Assembly: GCA_050950825.1 (NCBI GenBank)
Contig: JBMNIH010000011.1
Coordinates: forward strand, 1 to 64,000
From: Clostridia bacterium
Lineage (GTDB): Bacteria; Bacillota; Clostridia; JAAYHZ01
Reading direction: 5' to 3'
Length of the DNA stretch: 64,000 nt
This document shows, piece after piece, positions 62,653-64,000 of the stretch. The notes under the pieces are model-generated. The model saw only the letters and a list, made by a program, of their open reading frames with translations, had not been told where the DNA came from and did no database searches. Each line of letters begins with the position of its first letter. Positions within the stretch are counted from its first letter, which is position 1. The position numbers were made by a program, and so were the translations under genes.

Positions 62653-64000
62653 CTACTTTAAGCCCTTGAAGGACCTTATGGTGCTGTTGAAGTCCGGCAA
62701 GGTGTAGGAAGGAAACTCCAAGCTGTTGTAGTATTTTTCAACGATGCTTCCTAACCCCGCTTCGTACAATTCCGCCATATAGGTATCCCATGCGGCATTG
62801 AAGTCTTTTATTTCGTAATTCCAAACCCGCTTTTCAAACGCTCGTACCTTTTCTTCGACGGCTTCTTTTACCGCATCGTAGTCCGCAAGATATTTTTCGT
62901 ACAAGGCTCCCATCTGTCGGGGATTTATAATTTTATAGGGCTCGACGGTATACTTTTTCGTCCACTTGCTTTTGTATATAAAGAACAGAAGATCTCTTTT
63001 TCCGGGGTATTCGAAATAGTCTTCGACACCGAAATAATTCCCGAGCCAAAACCCTCCCATTTTATAACGATTCGGCACCTTGTCTTCGGGAACGGTGATT
63101 TTGGGGCTTTTAAACGGCACATCGGACCAAACGTAATGAATCCCTTCGATACCCGAGGAAAGAGTGTAGGAAAATTCGGAATAAGGATCCGAAAAACAAT
63201 CGTTCCAGATGGTAAATATACGGATCAATTTTTCATCGGAAACCTCGCTTCCGAAGGTAAAGACCTTTCCCTTCTCCTCGCTCATGGCCTCTAACGTAAG
63301 TCTTTTGGTTCCGAATTCTCTTTCGGGACCCTTTATGGCCGGAAAGATGACATATACGGCCGTATCATCGGAACCCTTCCAAGGCGCAAAAGCGTTTTCT
63401 TCATCCGCAGGCGAAAGAATGGAAGATAAACCGATACTCATAATTCCGACTTTTCCGCCCGCCCAAAGGGATTGAAGCGCTCTTTCGTCTGCCGGAGTCG
63501 GTCCCGTCTTTACATACCCTAGCTTTCGCATGTCCGTCATCCAACGCATGTACTCTTTGTAGGAGGAGTGGGCGAAATAGGGTACAACATCCCCCGTGAC
63601 AAAGTCCCTGTACAAGAATTGGTCGTCGGAAGCAATGATGCCGAATTGTCCCGTGAAAAGATCCGCATAAAGATTTCTTTCGTTAAAAGGCCAAACATAG
63701 GCGGCAATCGTGTCGTTTATTCCGTTTAAATCCGGATCTTCCACGGCAAAGGCCTTAAAAATTTCATTCCATTCGATGTATTCGGGATATGCGTTGGTTA
63801 TATATAGCCTCGCGGTACCTTCCGTCTCGGGCTCGTTCGTGAGGATAAGGGGGGTTAAAAACTCTTCGGAGATTCCGTGCCCCGTGTTCTCCAGCCAATC
63901 CAATCGTACCAAGGGGACCCTCGAGGGCAACAAATAGGAATTGTCAATAACGGACAAGCCGTAATATGCCTCGGAGTTCCCTACCCGATTGTAAAGCGGA
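62653..64000 (-). CDS. Extracellular solute-binding protein (carbohydrate ABC type), N-terminus beyond the window
   Basis: VRLDWLE, EDPDLNGINDT, GIEGIHY, WDTYMAELYEAGL. Frame open to base 64000. Confidence 0.75.
   Translation of the reverse strand, partial: PLYNRVGNSEAYYGLSVIDNSYLLPSRVPLVRLDWLENTGHGISEEFLTPLILTNEPETEGTARLYITNAYPEYIEWNEIFKAFAVEDPDLNGINDTIAAYVWPFNERNLYADLFTGQFGIIASDDQFLYRDFVTGDVVPYFAHSSYKEYMRWMTDMRKLGYVKTGPTPADERALQSLWAGGKVGIMSIGLSSILSPADEENAFAPWKGSDDTAVYVIFPAIKGPEREFGTKRLTLEAMSEEKGKVFTFGSEVSDEKLIRIFTIWNDCFSDPYSEFSYTLSSGIEGIHYVWSDVPFKSPKITVPEDKVPNRYKMGGFWLGNYFGVEDYFEYPGKRDLLFFIYKSKWTKKYTVEPYKIINPRQMGALYEKYLADYDAVKEAVEEKVRAFEKRVWNYEIKDFNAAWDTYMAELYEAGLGSIVEKYYNSLEFPSYTLPDFNSTIRSFKGLK

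Overview
Window from an anaerobic low-GC Firmicute (Clostridia-like by gene content). The first ~29 kb is accessory DNA. It holds a window-truncated DUF2075 NTPase and an Ssp-type DNA phosphorothioation operon: PAPS-reductase-like sspD, DUF4007 sspB, ATPase sspC, and a SufS-type cysteine desulfurase. These are followed by DndF/DndG-like restriction genes and the C-terminal remnant of a large helical third gene, broken by an IS256 that has no target duplication. Next come an ISLre2 that cuts the toxin tip of a Sec-exported Rhs protein, an FN3-repeat/cohesin-like partner gene, a second IS256 and an IS1182. The remaining ~35 kb is mostly ordinary backbone: ABC exporter with two-component system, MarR operon, metY, NlpC/P60, NAGPA, SLH protein, GGDEF, P1B ATPase, ARH, HIT, ftsH. 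The most unexpected signal is a 166-nt multi-stem hairpin with compensatory base changes, found just downstream of the transposase inside two unrelated IS families (3957-4122 and 15175-15340). Many split ORFs rejoin by adding one base to a homopolymer and are probably read errors. All family calls come from motif recognition by eye; no database searches were run.
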